In this document: positions 27,640 to 38,552 of the stretch, one piece after another
How positions within the stretch are numbered: the stretch's first letter is position 1
Layout of the letters: every line of letters starts with the position of its first letter
Assembly: GCA_963662465.1 (NCBI GenBank)
Contig: OY759599.1
Span: forward strand, 4,224,001 to 4,288,000
From: Desulfatiglandales bacterium
GTDB lineage: Bacteria; Desulfobacterota; DSM-4660; Desulfatiglandales; Desulfatiglandaceae
Direction: 5' to 3'
Length of the DNA stretch: 64,000 bases
Position numbers and translations under genes: made by a program
Notes under the pieces: model-generated
What the model saw: the letters and a program-made list of their open reading frames with translations, nothing else
What the model was told of the DNA's origin: nothing
Databases searched by the model: none

Positions 27640-29675
27640 CAATAACGATACCCCACCGTAAAATAAAAGGCCCGGCCCGGCATGGGACAACTATTAAAGT
27701 CTTCATATTGCTCGTTGGTCAGATTTCTTCCTTCCAGGCTGAAGAGAAAGGAATGAAAGAGCCATGAAATGCCGGAATTGATTTCATTCTTATCCTTGGC
27801 CGGCAGCAGATTGGCGCTGTCATAGTACATGCCGGTTTCCCGAACATACTCGCCGTAAACCTTAACGCCCGCATACCGCGCCTCAATCCTGCCCAGATAG
27901 GAAGTTTCGAATCGCCCGGGCAGTTTTTTTCCATTAAACGCCTTGACCTGACTCTTATTCACGGGATCCTGCCAGGTGGCATTGCCCACCAGTCGAAAAT
28001 ATTTCAGAAAATCAATACGGAACTCACTTTCAACACCCCGAATTTCCGCCCTGGATATATTTTGAGCCTTGCCAATCTCCCGTGAGTCATAAACAAACGT
28101 AATAAGATCATCGACGTTGCTGCCAAAATAGGCGGAATTGAAGGAGACATATTCCAACCACCAGATCTTTGTGGGGTATCTCAATTCAAATCCCGCATCA
28201 AAATTGACCCCCTCCTCCGCCTTCAGATCGGAATTGCCCACAATAGATCCGCGATCGCCGAATAACTCAAAAAAGGACGGTTCTCGAACATATTTGGCCA
28301 GGTTGCTTCTGAGATTCAACCAATTTAAAGGACTGTACTTGATGCCGATCTGGGGGCTGATGTAGTTCTTGTTTCGCTCTTCTCCTTCCAGGGGCGTCCC
28401 AAACATGTTGGTGGCGCTTTGTAAATCATCCTGAAGATGCGTATACCGGAGGGCCGGCGTGATGATAAGGCTGTCTTGAAATAGCAAGACACTGTCTTGA
28501 AGGCCCAAACTCAAGGTGTCTCTTGTACTTTTGCTGGGATTTTTTCGGGTCAGAAGATCTTCCGAATCATAGGTTTCCTGATGGTAATCGACCATAAAAC
28601 TCACTGCGTTCATCTCCGTCAGCCATTCAAGGAAAAAATCTCCGCCATACCGTTTCGTAATATATCGGCTCTTCTGGCACCCAAGTCCGATGGTGTCATG
28701 GCTGTCGTTATACAATTCATCCTTATAAGAATAGTCAATGCTGGTTCGCGTATTGAAATTAAAGGGGCCCACATCATTGGCAGTAAAGCTTAATGCAGTG
28801 ATATTTCTTTCCGTCTGCAGGGAAGCATCCGCTTTATCACTGTTATTCCAGGTAGGCAACCCCTGGTCCTTTGAAAACCATTGATTCAACAGATTGATGC
28901 GCAAATCATCGGTAAAATCGTAGCCCACCTTGGCGAGGACATTTTCCTGATCGAACTGTGCATTGTTGCGCTTTACCCATTTATCATCATTGGGGTTGTA
29001 TTCGGTATGGTTGTCATACAGGTATTCAAAATTGTTATCACTGGCCAAATAACTGGCTGAAACCAGATAGTCCCATTTCCCGGGCTTGTGATTGACAAAA
29101 CCCGAGGCCTGGCGGGTATTGAAAGAACCGTATCCCAAGGTGGCGCTGGCGTTCAACCCTTCTTTGGCGCGCAAGGTCCTGATGTTAACCACCCCGCCAA
29201 TGGACGCCTTGTTGAAGTTTATGGGGGTCACGCCACGATAGACCTCAATGGCCGCCACATCTGAGAGGGCGATGCTGCTCAAGTCAACGCCGCCCCCGGA
29301 AGCATCATTCAGCAGCACGCCGTCCACAAAAACCATCACCTGGTCGCTGGAGGAACCGCGAAGTGAAACCGTTGAAAAGCTGCCCAGCCCCCCGGACTGA
29401 CGAACCTGAACACCGGCCTCATTCTGAAGCACCTCCGCCAGATCTTCCATCTTGCCTTCAAATGCTTCACGTTCAATCACCGTCACAAAACCCGTGGTTT
29501 CCTCCAGATCGACATCTCCGGTCTGGAAATCCGGCTGTTCCGGCGCCGCTGTGACCACAACCGTTCCCAGGGTAGTGGTGGTTTTCTGCGGCGCATCAGC
29601 AAAGACAAATCCCTGACTTGAAACGAAAAATGCCAGGCAAAAAACGCTCACGATATTTCGAATGAATTTCTTCAT
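27639..29675 (-). CDS. TonB-dependent receptor, probably BtuB-like cobalamin transporter
   Basis: TonB box TVVVTA, plug SLRGSSSDQVMVFVDG, terminal PGRAFYFTVGYRY; downstream of a cobalamin riboswitch. Confidence 0.88.
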   Translation of the reverse strand: MKKFIRNIVSVFCLAFFVSSQGFVFADAPQKTTTTLGTVVVTAAPEQPDFQTGDVDLEETTGFVTVIEREAFEGKMEDLAEVLQNEAGVQVRQSGGLGSFSTVSLRGSSSDQVMVFVDGVLLNDASGGGVDLSSIALSDVAAIEVYRGVTPINFNKASIGGVVNIRTLRAKEGLNASATLGYGSFNTRQASGFVNHKPGKWDYLVSASYLASDNNFEYLYDNHTEYNPNDDKWVKRNNAQFDQENVLAKVGYDFTDDLRINLLNQWFSKDQGLPTWNNSDKADASLQTERNITALSFTANDVGPFNFNTRTSIDYSYKDELYNDSHDTIGLGCQKSRYITKRYGGDFFLEWLTEMNAVSFMVDYHQETYDSEDLLTRKNPSKSTRDTLSLGLQDSVLLFQDSLIITPALRYTHLQDDLQSATNMFGTPLEGEERNKNYISPQIGIKYSPLNWLNLRSNLAKYVREPSFFELFGDRGSIVGNSDLKAEEGVNFDAGFELRYPTKIWWLEYVSFNSAYFGSNVDDLITFVYDSREIGKAQNISRAEIRGVESEFRIDFLKYFRLVGNATWQDPVNKSQVKAFNGKKLPGRFETSYLGRIEARYAGVKVYGEYVRETGMYYDSANLLPAKDKNEINSGISWLFHSFLFSLEGRNLTNEQYEDFNSCPMPGRAFYFTVGYRY

Positions 29676-29677
29676 AA

Positions 29678-29733
29678 CCAAAAAAAACCCCCGGACCGAA
29701 AAGAATCGACCCGGGGATTTCCCTTTTTTATCC
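29678..29733 (-). terminator. Riboswitch expression platform / intrinsic terminator, copy 2
   Basis: Reverse complement matches 25974-26029 with about 3 mismatches in 56 nt. Confidence 0.8.
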
Positions 29734-29781
29734 TCAAGCACCAACAATCCCCCATCCGTCCACGTAACTGGCGGGATTTTT

Positions 29782-29964
29782 ATTCAGGCAGGTCTTCTGA
29801 CTCCCCCCCTCTTTTGACAACCTTCCCATTCCGAAGATTTAATTAGAACAGTGGTCAAAAAAACGCCAAAAGAGTTCCCTTGATAATCAAAGGCGAAGGT
29901 CACAGCGGCGGGCCCGTCCCATTTTAATGGAGTTCCCTGTTAGGCTCAACATAAGCACCTGAAT
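29782..29964 (-). promoter_or_regulatory. Cobalamin riboswitch
   Basis: Minus strand CAGGTGC...AACAGGGAA...GCCCGCCGCTGTGA...CCACTG...GGGAAGG...GAGTCAGAAGACCTGCCTG. Confidence 0.92.
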
Positions 29965-30149
29965 TTTCTTTTTAAAATATGGTCATAGAAAGGTCAAGTG
30001 AAAACAACCGCTTTGATTTTAAAAGGGCGTCATTTAAATAGTTTCAAATCTGCACTTTTTTCCAGAACCCATAAAAAAAGGGCTTGGCTTCATGCTTGCG
30101 TTGTGAGAAATTCCAGTCTTAAACCGAATTTAAAAGATAACGAGGCGCC

Positions 30150-31397
30150 ATGAGCCGTCGCTGGGCCATTTTCCTGATCACGTCGTCTAATTTTTTCCTC
30201 TCCCAGTTCTACCGGGCAACCAATGCCGTGATTGCAGACCAACTTCTTCTGAATCTCTCCCTCGATACACAGGGTCTGGGCGCCCTTAGCGCCGCATTCT
30301 TTTATGCCTTTGCCGTAACCCAAATCCCCATCAGCATGCTCCTGGACCGAATCGGTCCCCGCAATATGATGACGGGGTTATCGCTGTTGGGCATTGCGGG
30401 GGCGCTTATTTTTGCGTGGGCAGACTCCCTGGGAATGGGTCTTCTGGGCCGCGTTCTCCTGGGGATCGGAATGGCCTGCAACCTTATGGGAACCCTGAAA
30501 CTGATGACCGTCTGGTTCAAGCCCGCCACTTTCGCCACGCTTACGGGCATTATTTTTTCCATCGGGACGGTGGGAAACATGGCCGCAACGGTTCCCCTGG
30601 CCTTCCTGGTAAATCTGATGGGCTGGCGACAGGCTTTCATGGCCATTGCCGGCGTCAACCTGTTACTGGTTATGGCACTCTATCTGGTGGTGCGGGATAC
30701 GCCGATGAAGGGAGGGGACCAAAGCTTTACACAAATGTCTAAAGCCCATCGAAATACGCACTCCGGACTCACAGCACTTTTCAAAGAGCCTGCCTACTGG
30801 ATCATTTCCCTGACGAGCTTCGTGAGCTACGGCATCTATGCGGCTTTTCAAACCCTCTGGGCCGGACCCTATCTAACGGAAGTCATGGGGCTTGACATCA
30901 TGAATGCCGGACATGTAATTCTGTTGATGAATGTGGGGGCCATTGCCGGCGGTCCCATATGGGGATGGCTGTCCGACAGGATCTTTCATACCCGCAAGTG
31001 GATGGTATCGGGCGGCATGGCAATCTTCACCCTCATCCTGTGGATGCTGGCCATGCTTTCTTCAGAGACAACCCTGATCATCCTGATGATGTTGTTTTTC
31101 AGCTTTGGGTTTTTCAGATCCAGCGGCGCACTGCTGTACGTCCAAATCAAGGAAACCATGCCCATTGAAATGGCCGGAACCGCCATGACCGGAATCAATT
31201 TTTTTACCATGATCGGACCGGCCGTCTTTCTTCAGGGACTGGGTGTTCTCATGCAAACCTTTTATCCCCATTCCTCCAGAGGGCCTGAAGCGTTCACAGC
31301 GGCCTTCACCCTGTGCGCAACTTTACTTGCCCTGGTTTCCCTTCTTTACCTCTTTACGAAAGATACCGTCATAAGACATAAGGAACCGTCTTTATGA
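30150..31397 (+). CDS. MFS transporter
   Basis: About 12 TM helices; LLDRIGPR and WLSDRIFHTRK motif-A loops. Confidence 0.88.
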   Translation: MSRRWAIFLITSSNFFLSQFYRATNAVIADQLLLNLSLDTQGLGALSAAFFYAFAVTQIPISMLLDRIGPRNMMTGLSLLGIAGALIFAWADSLGMGLLGRVLLGIGMACNLMGTLKLMTVWFKPATFATLTGIIFSIGTVGNMAATVPLAFLVNLMGWRQAFMAIAGVNLLLVMALYLVVRDTPMKGGDQSFTQMSKAHRNTHSGLTALFKEPAYWIISLTSFVSYGIYAAFQTLWAGPYLTEVMGLDIMNAGHVILLMNVGAIAGGPIWGWLSDRIFHTRKWMVSGGMAIFTLILWMLAMLSSETTLIILMMLFFSFGFFRSSGALLYVQIKETMPIEMAGTAMTGINFFTMIGPAVFLQGLGVLMQTFYPHSSRGPEAFTAAFTLCATLLALVSLLYLFTKDTVIRHKEPSL

Positions 31398-31424
31398 ACA
31401 ACCACTTTCCGGAGACGGCCGGCA

Positions 31425-32612
31425 TCAACAAACTTTAATGGCATCGGGAAACCGATTAATCTTTTTCATTCCGGTCTCGGCGACCACAAAGGTATTTTCA
31501 ATCCCCACTACCCCTTCGCCGGGGAACACCACTTTAGGTTCCAAAGCAATGGTCATCCCTTCTTCAAGACATGTTTGCCCGCCCTTGCCGATAACGGGCC
31601 ATTCATCCAGTTCAAGGCCTATGCCATGACCCACAAAGGGAACGCCCTGAGGCCACCCCATAAATCCATCGGCCAAGCCTGCCTTGTCTACGATGCCTAA
31701 CGCCAAAGCGTACAGATCTTCCGCTTTTGCGCCGGGAAGGCCTTTTTGCGCCACGGTCTCCTGGACCTCCAGCATCACCTCATGAGCATAAACAAATGAC
31801 TCCTTCAGTTTCCCAAGAGAAAAAATCCGCGTCGAATCGTCAACATAGCCTTTCAGGTTTGCGCAATAATCAATCAGTACCGGGCTATGGGTTTTTATTT
31901 TTCCCATTCCCGCACCCTGGGAATAAAAAGGCCCCAAACCCTTTCCGCCCGTAGGTCCCGGCGAATTGCTGGGCAACGCCGCGTTTTCACCGGCCATAAT
32001 ATGGCCGTAATTGGCATCCAGATTAAAACCGCGCGTCGAAACAACGCCGGGATGACCCTGTTTCCGATAGTAATTCTCCACCATGACGGCGAGGTCCAAT
32101 TCGGTTTTGGCCACCGCCAAAAATTCAGGCATGTACTCATACATGTCATCCGCCATTTTGGCGGCTTCAAAAATCCGGGCAATTTCGTACTCGGACTTGA
32201 TCATTCGAACTTCCCGAATCAGCTGCGAAATATCCACCAGCTCCGTATTCGAAAAAATCCGATGGTACAGAAAGTAGAGGTTTACCGGAAGAACATCCAT
32301 CTCCAGGCCCATCCGCCGGGGAAAACCCGGTTTTCCTTTCCCGATCAAACGGGGGAGCGTAGAATAGCCTGAGAGGGGAACGATCTCTCGGATGGGAGAC
32401 TCCAGAACGGCCCTTTCAAAGTCCTTCCTCACCATGAGCAACGGCGCTTCGGTTGAAGGCACAAAAAGATGCGCATCCTGCTTGGTTCCAGAAAGGTAAT
32501 AAAGATCGGTTTTCTCCACCATCAAAGCCCCATCCAACCCTTGGGCCGAAAGGCGATCCTGGAATCGTTGAATCCGACCATAAATTTCATTTTCCATCAA
32601 AAATTCAGTCAT
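31425..32612 (-). CDS. Xaa-Pro peptidase (M24 family)
   Basis: RMIKSEYE, DSTR, GHGIGLELDE, ALEPK, VGIEN. Confidence 0.88.
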   Translation of the reverse strand: MTEFLMENEIYGRIQRFQDRLSAQGLDGALMVEKTDLYYLSGTKQDAHLFVPSTEAPLLMVRKDFERAVLESPIREIVPLSGYSTLPRLIGKGKPGFPRRMGLEMDVLPVNLYFLYHRIFSNTELVDISQLIREVRMIKSEYEIARIFEAAKMADDMYEYMPEFLAVAKTELDLAVMVENYYRKQGHPGVVSTRGFNLDANYGHIMAGENAALPSNSPGPTGGKGLGPFYSQGAGMGKIKTHSPVLIDYCANLKGYVDDSTRIFSLGKLKESFVYAHEVMLEVQETVAQKGLPGAKAEDLYALALGIVDKAGLADGFMGWPQGVPFVGHGIGLELDEWPVIGKGGQTCLEEGMTIALEPKVVFPGEGVVGIENTFVVAETGMKKINRFPDAIKVC

Positions 32613-32779
32613 TGTCGAACCGTCCTTAATATAGTTTTCACGTTCATTAGCAGAGCGTTGACTTTTTGGCAACACTTGTATAGTCCTTATTTCATACTCG
32701 CCATAGTGTTGACAAACGGAAAAAAAGGGGGATTGCCTGGATTCAGGAAGATCTCAATCTTTAAAAAAAGGTCCGGCAA

Positions 32780-34960
32780 ATGCTCACCCATCTCAAAGGC
32801 CAAATCGAAAGAATCACCTATACCAACGAAGAGAACGGCTATAGTGTTGTCAAGCTCAAGGTTTACGGTCGGAAAGACCTTGTGAGCGTGGTGGGCAACA
32901 TGATGGCGCCCACCCCCGGTGAAATCCTCGAACTCAAGGGGGAATGGGCCAACCATCCCAAATTCGGGGAGCAATTCAAGATCACGCACTACAAGACAAA
33001 GACGCCGGCCACGGTTTACGGCATCCAAAAATACCTGGGTTCCGGCCTGATCAAGGGCATCGGACCGGTCATGGCAAAGCGGATTGTCGCGAAATTCGGG
33101 GAATCCACCCTGGACCTTATCGAAACAAACGCCGAATGTCTGACAGCGGTGGAGGGCATCGGAAAAAAACGAATTGCCATGATCAAAGCGGCCTGGGAGG
33201 AACAAAAAGAGATCCGGGAAGTCATGCTGTTTCTTCAAACCCACGGGGTCAGTTCAGGCTACGCTACCAAAATATTCAAGCAATACGGCAACAAATCCAT
33301 TGAGATCGTTCAGGAAAACCCCTATCGTCTGGCCACGGATATCTTCGGCATCGGATTTATTACAGCGGATGGGATTGCCGAAAAACTGGGGTTTGACAAG
33401 GAATGCGAAGTCCGCGCGGAAGCAGGGATTCTCTATATTCTTCATCGGCTGGCAGACGATGGACATGTTTATTTCCCCTATGAACCTCTGGTTCAAAAAT
33501 GCCGGGAAATGCTTGAAATCAATCGAGATATTATCACCGGCGCCATCGGAACCAATGCCCTTAAAAGCAGGATCGTTCTTGAAGATTTAAACGAGGATTC
33601 CGAAACATTTCTAGCAAACAACAAGGCAGTTTTCCTCAAAAAGTTTCATGTGTCTGAAACCGGCATTGCCGCACGAATGAAAAAGCTCCTCAAAGCGCCC
33701 AAAGCCGTCAGGGCCATCGATGCGGAAAAAGCCGTATCCTGGGTTCAGGAACGACTGTCCATATCCCTGGCCGAAAATCAGATTGACGCCATCAAGAGAG
33801 CGGTACAAAATAAAATCCTGGTCATCACGGGAGGCCCCGGCACCGGTAAAACCACTCTCATCAACGCTATTTTAAAGATTTTTTCAATGCTGAAAATCCC
33901 CATGCAACTGGCCGCGCCCACCGGACGCGCCGCCAAGCGCATGTCTGAAGCCACGGGCCATGAGGCCAGGACTCTCCACCGACTCCTGGAATACAGCATG
34001 CAGAAGGGCGGCTTTCAAAAAGACCAGAAGCATCCCCTGCCCTGCGATCTCCTGATCGTGGATGAAGCCTCCATGATCGACACTATCCTTATGCATCATC
34101 TCCTGAAGGCCATCCCCCCCGGGGCCACCTTCATCCTGGTGGGCGACATTCACCAGCTTCCTTCCGTGGGCGCGGGAAATGTTCTGAAAGACATGATCGC
34201 AAGCGCCGCAATCCCCGTGGTAACCCTGGATAAAATCTTTCGACAGGCCAGGGAAAGCCGGATCATCGTCAATGCCCACCGAATCAATCAAGGAAAAATG
34301 CCGCTGCATCAAAGTACCGGGGAAAAAAGTGATTTCTTTTTCATTGAGAAGGAAGATCCTGAACAAGTGTTGAACATCATTCTTGAATTGGCGAAAAAAC
34401 GGGTGCCGGATCATTTCGGCTTCGATCCCGTGGACGACATACAAGTGTTGACGCCCATGCACCGGGGGGTAGTCGGCGCCGGAAATCTCAACCTGGAATT
34501 GCAGAACCGGCTAAACCCGGATGCCAGGGGAATCGAACGGGGCAATCGCGCCTTTCGGATCGGCGATAAGGTGATGCAGATCAAGAACAACTACGACAAG
34601 GAAGTTTTTAACGGCGACATGGGACGGATTATGGGTCTGGACGCTGAAGCCCGAGAAATCGTCATTTCCTTCGACGGCCGTGAGCTGCCCTATGATTTTA
34701 CGGATCTCGATGAGGTCATCCTGGCCTACGCGGTTTCCGTCCACAAATCCCAGGGGTCGGAATACCCGGCCGTCATTATCCCCATTCTCATTCAGCATTA
34801 TATGCTGTTGCAGCGCAACCTGATCTATACCGCTGTGACCCGGGGTAAAAAGCTGGTAATTCTGGTGGGAACCCGCAAGGCCCTGGCCATCGGCATCCAT
34901 AACGACAAGACGTTAAAACGTTACACCCTATTGGAAAAACGGCTAAAGTATCAGTTTTGA
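32780..34960 (+). CDS. recD2: RecD2-like ATP-dependent helicase
   Basis: HhH repeats, GGPGTGKT, VDEASM, HKSQGSE. Confidence 0.92.
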   Translation: MLTHLKGQIERITYTNEENGYSVVKLKVYGRKDLVSVVGNMMAPTPGEILELKGEWANHPKFGEQFKITHYKTKTPATVYGIQKYLGSGLIKGIGPVMAKRIVAKFGESTLDLIETNAECLTAVEGIGKKRIAMIKAAWEEQKEIREVMLFLQTHGVSSGYATKIFKQYGNKSIEIVQENPYRLATDIFGIGFITADGIAEKLGFDKECEVRAEAGILYILHRLADDGHVYFPYEPLVQKCREMLEINRDIITGAIGTNALKSRIVLEDLNEDSETFLANNKAVFLKKFHVSETGIAARMKKLLKAPKAVRAIDAEKAVSWVQERLSISLAENQIDAIKRAVQNKILVITGGPGTGKTTLINAILKIFSMLKIPMQLAAPTGRAAKRMSEATGHEARTLHRLLEYSMQKGGFQKDQKHPLPCDLLIVDEASMIDTILMHHLLKAIPPGATFILVGDIHQLPSVGAGNVLKDMIASAAIPVVTLDKIFRQARESRIIVNAHRINQGKMPLHQSTGEKSDFFFIEKEDPEQVLNIILELAKKRVPDHFGFDPVDDIQVLTPMHRGVVGAGNLNLELQNRLNPDARGIERGNRAFRIGDKVMQIKNNYDKEVFNGDMGRIMGLDAEAREIVISFDGRELPYDFTDLDEVILAYAVSVHKSQGSEYPAVIIPILIQHYMLLQRNLIYTAVTRGKKLVILVGTRKALAIGIHNDKTLKRYTLLEKRLKYQF

Positions 34961-34988
34961 GTTTTGAGTTTTAGGTTTTAGGTTTTAA
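34954..34988. repeat. Heptamer tandem repeat x5
   Basis: GTTTTGA GTTTTGA GTTTTAG GTTTTAG GTTTTAA. Confidence 0.8.
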
Positions 34989-35019
34989 GAACATTACTTT
35001 GGACGTGTCACGTGTCACT

Positions 35020-36411
35020 TCAAAAAGCAATATTCCCAGGCGTCCTGGGAAAGGGAATCACATCCCGGATATTCGAAAGGCCCGTCACGAACTGGATCAA
35101 CCGCTCAAACCCCAGACCAAACCCCGCATGGGGAACCGATCCGAACTTCCGGAGTTCCAGATACCACCAATAGTCCTCCGGGTTGAAACCCATGTCGACA
35201 ATGCGTGAATACAGTACATCATGGTCATCTTCACGCTGGCTGCCGCCAATGATCTCGCCAATCTTGGGAACCAGCACATCCATGGCCCGGACCGTCTTTC
35301 CATCCGCATTCATTTTCATATAAAAGGCCTTGATGTCCTTGGGATAATCCACCAGCACCACAGGACCTTTAAAAACCTTCTCACATAGATACCGCTCGTG
35401 TTCGGACTGAATATCACTCCCCCATGTGACGGGAAACTCAAACTTCACCTTGGCCTTTTCAATGAGTTTGATCCCTTCCGTATAGGTAATGGTCGTAAAA
35501 TCCCGGCTCACGAGGCTTTCAAGGGTTTGGATCACCGATTTATCGACAAATCGATTAAAAAACGCCATATCCTCGGAACAATGCTCAAGAATATACGCAA
35601 AAACATGCTTCAGAAATGCCACGGCCAGCGCCACATCCCCTTCCAGATCGCAAAAGGCCATCTCCGGCTCCACCATCCAGAACTCAGCGAGATGACGTGA
35701 GGTATTGGAGTTTTCAGCCCTGAATGTGGGGCCGAACGTATATACATCGCCCATGGCCAGGGCATAGATTTCCGCCTCCAATTGCCCACTCACCGTCAGA
35801 TGTGCCGGACCGCCGAAAAAATCCTTGGTGTAATCCGCCCGTCCATCCCGGATAGGAATCTCGGTCGGTTCCAGGGTCGTCACCCGGAACATCTCGCCGG
35901 CCCCCTCGCAGTCGCTCCCCGTCAAAATGGGCGTATGCACATACAAAAACCCCTTCTCCTGAAAAAAACCATGTATGGCGGCGGCAGCGGCATTTCGAAC
36001 TCTGGCCACGGCGCCAAAGGTATTGGTCCGGGGTCTCAAATGAGAGATGGTCCTCAGGAATTCAAAGGAGTGCCGTTTTTTCTGCAAAGGATAAACTTCC
36101 GGATCAGCCCAACCCACCACTCGGAGTTCATTGGCCTTAAGCTCCACCGCCTGGCCTTTTCCCTGGGAAGCAGCCAGTATGCCGGTGGCCATGATGGAAC
36201 AACCGGTCTGCAATTTAAGCACATCATTTTGGTAATTGGGCAGATCCTGATCCGCGATAATCTGCAGGCCCGACAGACATGATCCATCGTTTATCTCAAT
36301 AAAGGAAAATCCTCCCTTTGAGTCCCTGCGGGTCCTGACCCATCCGGCCACCGTAATCATTGCGCCAATTTCTTCCGCTCTCAAAATTTCAGAAATTCTC
36401 GTTCTTTGCAA
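35020..36411 (-). CDS. asnS: Asparagine--tRNA ligase
   Basis: [33 protein letters not shown]. Confidence 0.95.
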   Translation of the reverse strand: MQRTRISEILRAEEIGAMITVAGWVRTRRDSKGGFSFIEINDGSCLSGLQIIADQDLPNYQNDVLKLQTGCSIMATGILAASQGKGQAVELKANELRVVGWADPEVYPLQKKRHSFEFLRTISHLRPRTNTFGAVARVRNAAAAAIHGFFQEKGFLYVHTPILTGSDCEGAGEMFRVTTLEPTEIPIRDGRADYTKDFFGGPAHLTVSGQLEAEIYALAMGDVYTFGPTFRAENSNTSRHLAEFWMVEPEMAFCDLEGDVALAVAFLKHVFAYILEHCSEDMAFFNRFVDKSVIQTLESLVSRDFTTITYTEGIKLIEKAKVKFEFPVTWGSDIQSEHERYLCEKVFKGPVVLVDYPKDIKAFYMKMNADGKTVRAMDVLVPKIGEIIGGSQREDDHDVLYSRIVDMGFNPEDYWWYLELRKFGSVPHAGFGLGFERLIQFVTGLSNIRDVIPFPRTPGNIAF

Positions 36412-36426
36412 AACCGATCACCTTTT

Positions 36427-36529
36427 TTAGGTATTAGCTATTAGCTGTTAGGTATTAGCTGTTAGGCAAACGAACCGATCGACTTCCGATGTTCGAAACC
36501 TAACAACTAACGGCTAACCGCTAACAGCT
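36427..36529. repeat. Inverted arrays of heptamer repeats
   Basis: TTAG(G/C)T(A/G) x5 followed about 30 bp later by CTAAC-core heptamers x4. Confidence 0.75.
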
Positions 36530-36535
36530 TCCCCC

Positions 36536-37621
36536 CTAACCTTCTTTCTTTTCAAACTCGACCATGAATGCCACCAGCGCTTTTACCGCATCGATCCCGC
36601 TGGCATTGTAAATGGAAGCCCTGCAACCACCCACGGAACGGTGTCCTTTCAAACCGCCGAGACCTTCCTTCAGCGCATCCGCCACGAATTTCTTTTCCAA
36701 ATCTTCGCTGGGGAGCCTGAAGGTCACATTCATCAGAGAACGACTCTCTTTTTCCGCAGTGCCTTTGTAAAAGCCGGATTGATCAATAAAATCATAGAGC
36801 AGCGCCCCTTTTTCCCGGTTTATCCCCGCCATCTTTTCAAGACCGCCGATGGTCTCCTCAAGCCATTTCAGGACCAGGCTGACCGTATAAACGACGATAC
36901 AGGAAGGGGTATTATACATGGAATTTTTTTCGGAAAAGGTAGTGTACTTCAACATGCTGGGCAGGTTATCGGGCGTCCTTTCAAGCATATCTTTTCGGAT
37001 AATCACCATGGCCGTACCGGATGGCCCAATGTTTTTCTGAGTGCCCGCATAAATCAGTCCGAAGGGTTTCGCATCAAAGGAACGACTCATAATGTCGGAA
37101 CTCATATCGCAAACCAGCGGCGTGTCGCCGGCTTCCGGAAATTTTGCCCATTGGGTCCCCTTAATGGTGTTGTTGCTTGTAAAGTGAAGATAAGCGGCAT
37201 CCTTGCTGACCTGATACCCTTTTGGAATATAGGAAAACCCCTTGTCTTCGGAAGAAGCGATAACCTTTACATCCTTGCCCTGGATTTGGGCCTCTTTGAT
37301 CGCCTTGGTTGACCATGTTCCCGTATTGATATAATCCACCGGACGATCCCCGGCCCCCAGGTTCATGGGAATCATGCAAAACTGCAGGCTGGCGCCCCCC
37401 TGGATAAACAGAACCTCAAAATCGTCCCCAAGATTTAACAGCCGCTTGGTTCTCAAAACAGCCTCATTAATAACATCATCAAACCACTTGGAACGGTGAC
37501 TGACCTCCATGATGGACATGCCGGATCCTTTAAAATCCAGCAGTTCCGCCTGTATCTCTTCCAAGACCGGCAACGGTAAAGCGGCAGGGCCCGCATTAAA
37601 ATTATAAATTCTTTCTCCCAT
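36536..37621 (-). CDS. serC: Phosphoserine aminotransferase
   Basis: NFNAGPAALP, DMSSD, QKNIGP, GHRSVGGCRASIYN. Confidence 0.96.
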   Translation of the reverse strand: MGERIYNFNAGPAALPLPVLEEIQAELLDFKGSGMSIMEVSHRSKWFDDVINEAVLRTKRLLNLGDDFEVLFIQGGASLQFCMIPMNLGAGDRPVDYINTGTWSTKAIKEAQIQGKDVKVIASSEDKGFSYIPKGYQVSKDAAYLHFTSNNTIKGTQWAKFPEAGDTPLVCDMSSDIMSRSFDAKPFGLIYAGTQKNIGPSGTAMVIIRKDMLERTPDNLPSMLKYTTFSEKNSMYNTPSCIVVYTVSLVLKWLEETIGGLEKMAGINREKGALLYDFIDQSGFYKGTAEKESRSLMNVTFRLPSEDLEKKFVADALKEGLGGLKGHRSVGGCRASIYNASGIDAVKALVAFMVEFEKKEG

Positions 37622-37634
37622 GGTTCATTCTCCT

Positions 37635-38396
37635 TTAATCTTTCAATTTCGTGAGCATTGCACTGACTTCCCTCAGGGTGTCCAAGTCCTTTTCAAACGG
37701 GGGACGACCATCGCGATCAGCGTCGATAATTTCCTGCCGGTAAGGCATAAACCCTATGAATGAAAAATCCGACATTTCTTTCAGCAGATAATCTTTATCC
37801 TTGTCGGATCGCAGCTTGTTTCCCACAAAACTCAACTTCTTTATCCCGATATCATCCGCCAAACGGCGAATTTGATAAGCCGTTTCAATGCTTCGTCTTC
37901 CCGGCTCAACCACCACAATGAGCCGATCCACATACATGGCCGTTCCTCTGCCCAGATGCTCAAGGCCTGCCTCCATATCCAGAACAACCGCCTCATCCCT
38001 GGCCAACACCACATGAGAAACAAGTCTTTTCAGCAAAACACTCTCAGGGCATACGCATCCGCCGCCCCCTTTTTTCACCCCACCCATGACCATCACCTTG
38101 ACCCCATTCACGGTTACGGACAATTTTTCAGGCAGGTCATTCACCTTCGGATTTAATTTGAAAAAAGAACCCATGGAACCGATTTTGGCTTCGGTCCGTT
38201 CCTCTATCAGCGTTTTCATCTCTGAGATTGGCACAATCTCATCGCTATTCTTGACGCCCAGGGCCTGCGCCAGGTTTGCATCAGGGTCCGCATCAATGGC
38301 CAGGACCTTTTTTCCCTCATTCGCCAGCGCTCTTATTAAAAATGCGGCAAAGGTCGTTTTGCCAACGCCTCCTTTTCCGCTTACGGCAATTTTCAT
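37635..38396 (-). CDS. cooC: CO dehydrogenase nickel-insertion ATPase
   Basis: GKGGVGKTT, DADPDANL, GCVCPE, DMEAGLEHLGRGT. Confidence 0.9.
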   Translation of the reverse strand: MKIAVSGKGGVGKTTFAAFLIRALANEGKKVLAIDADPDANLAQALGVKNSDEIVPISEMKTLIEERTEAKIGSMGSFFKLNPKVNDLPEKLSVTVNGVKVMVMGGVKKGGGGCVCPESVLLKRLVSHVVLARDEAVVLDMEAGLEHLGRGTAMYVDRLIVVVEPGRRSIETAYQIRRLADDIGIKKLSFVGNKLRSDKDKDYLLKEMSDFSFIGFMPYRQEIIDADRDGRPPFEKDLDTLREVSAMLTKLKD

Positions 38397-38552
38397 GTTT
38401 GGCACCCTCTTATTGGATAAAAAAAACAGCCTCAGCAAACTACCCCATCGACCAAGGGCTTGCAAGGACAAAATTTCGACAAAAAAAAGCCCTTACTGAA
38501 AGGGAACAATCCAATAAGAGCCCGGGGAGATGCTACCCATTTTTTTTGAGGA

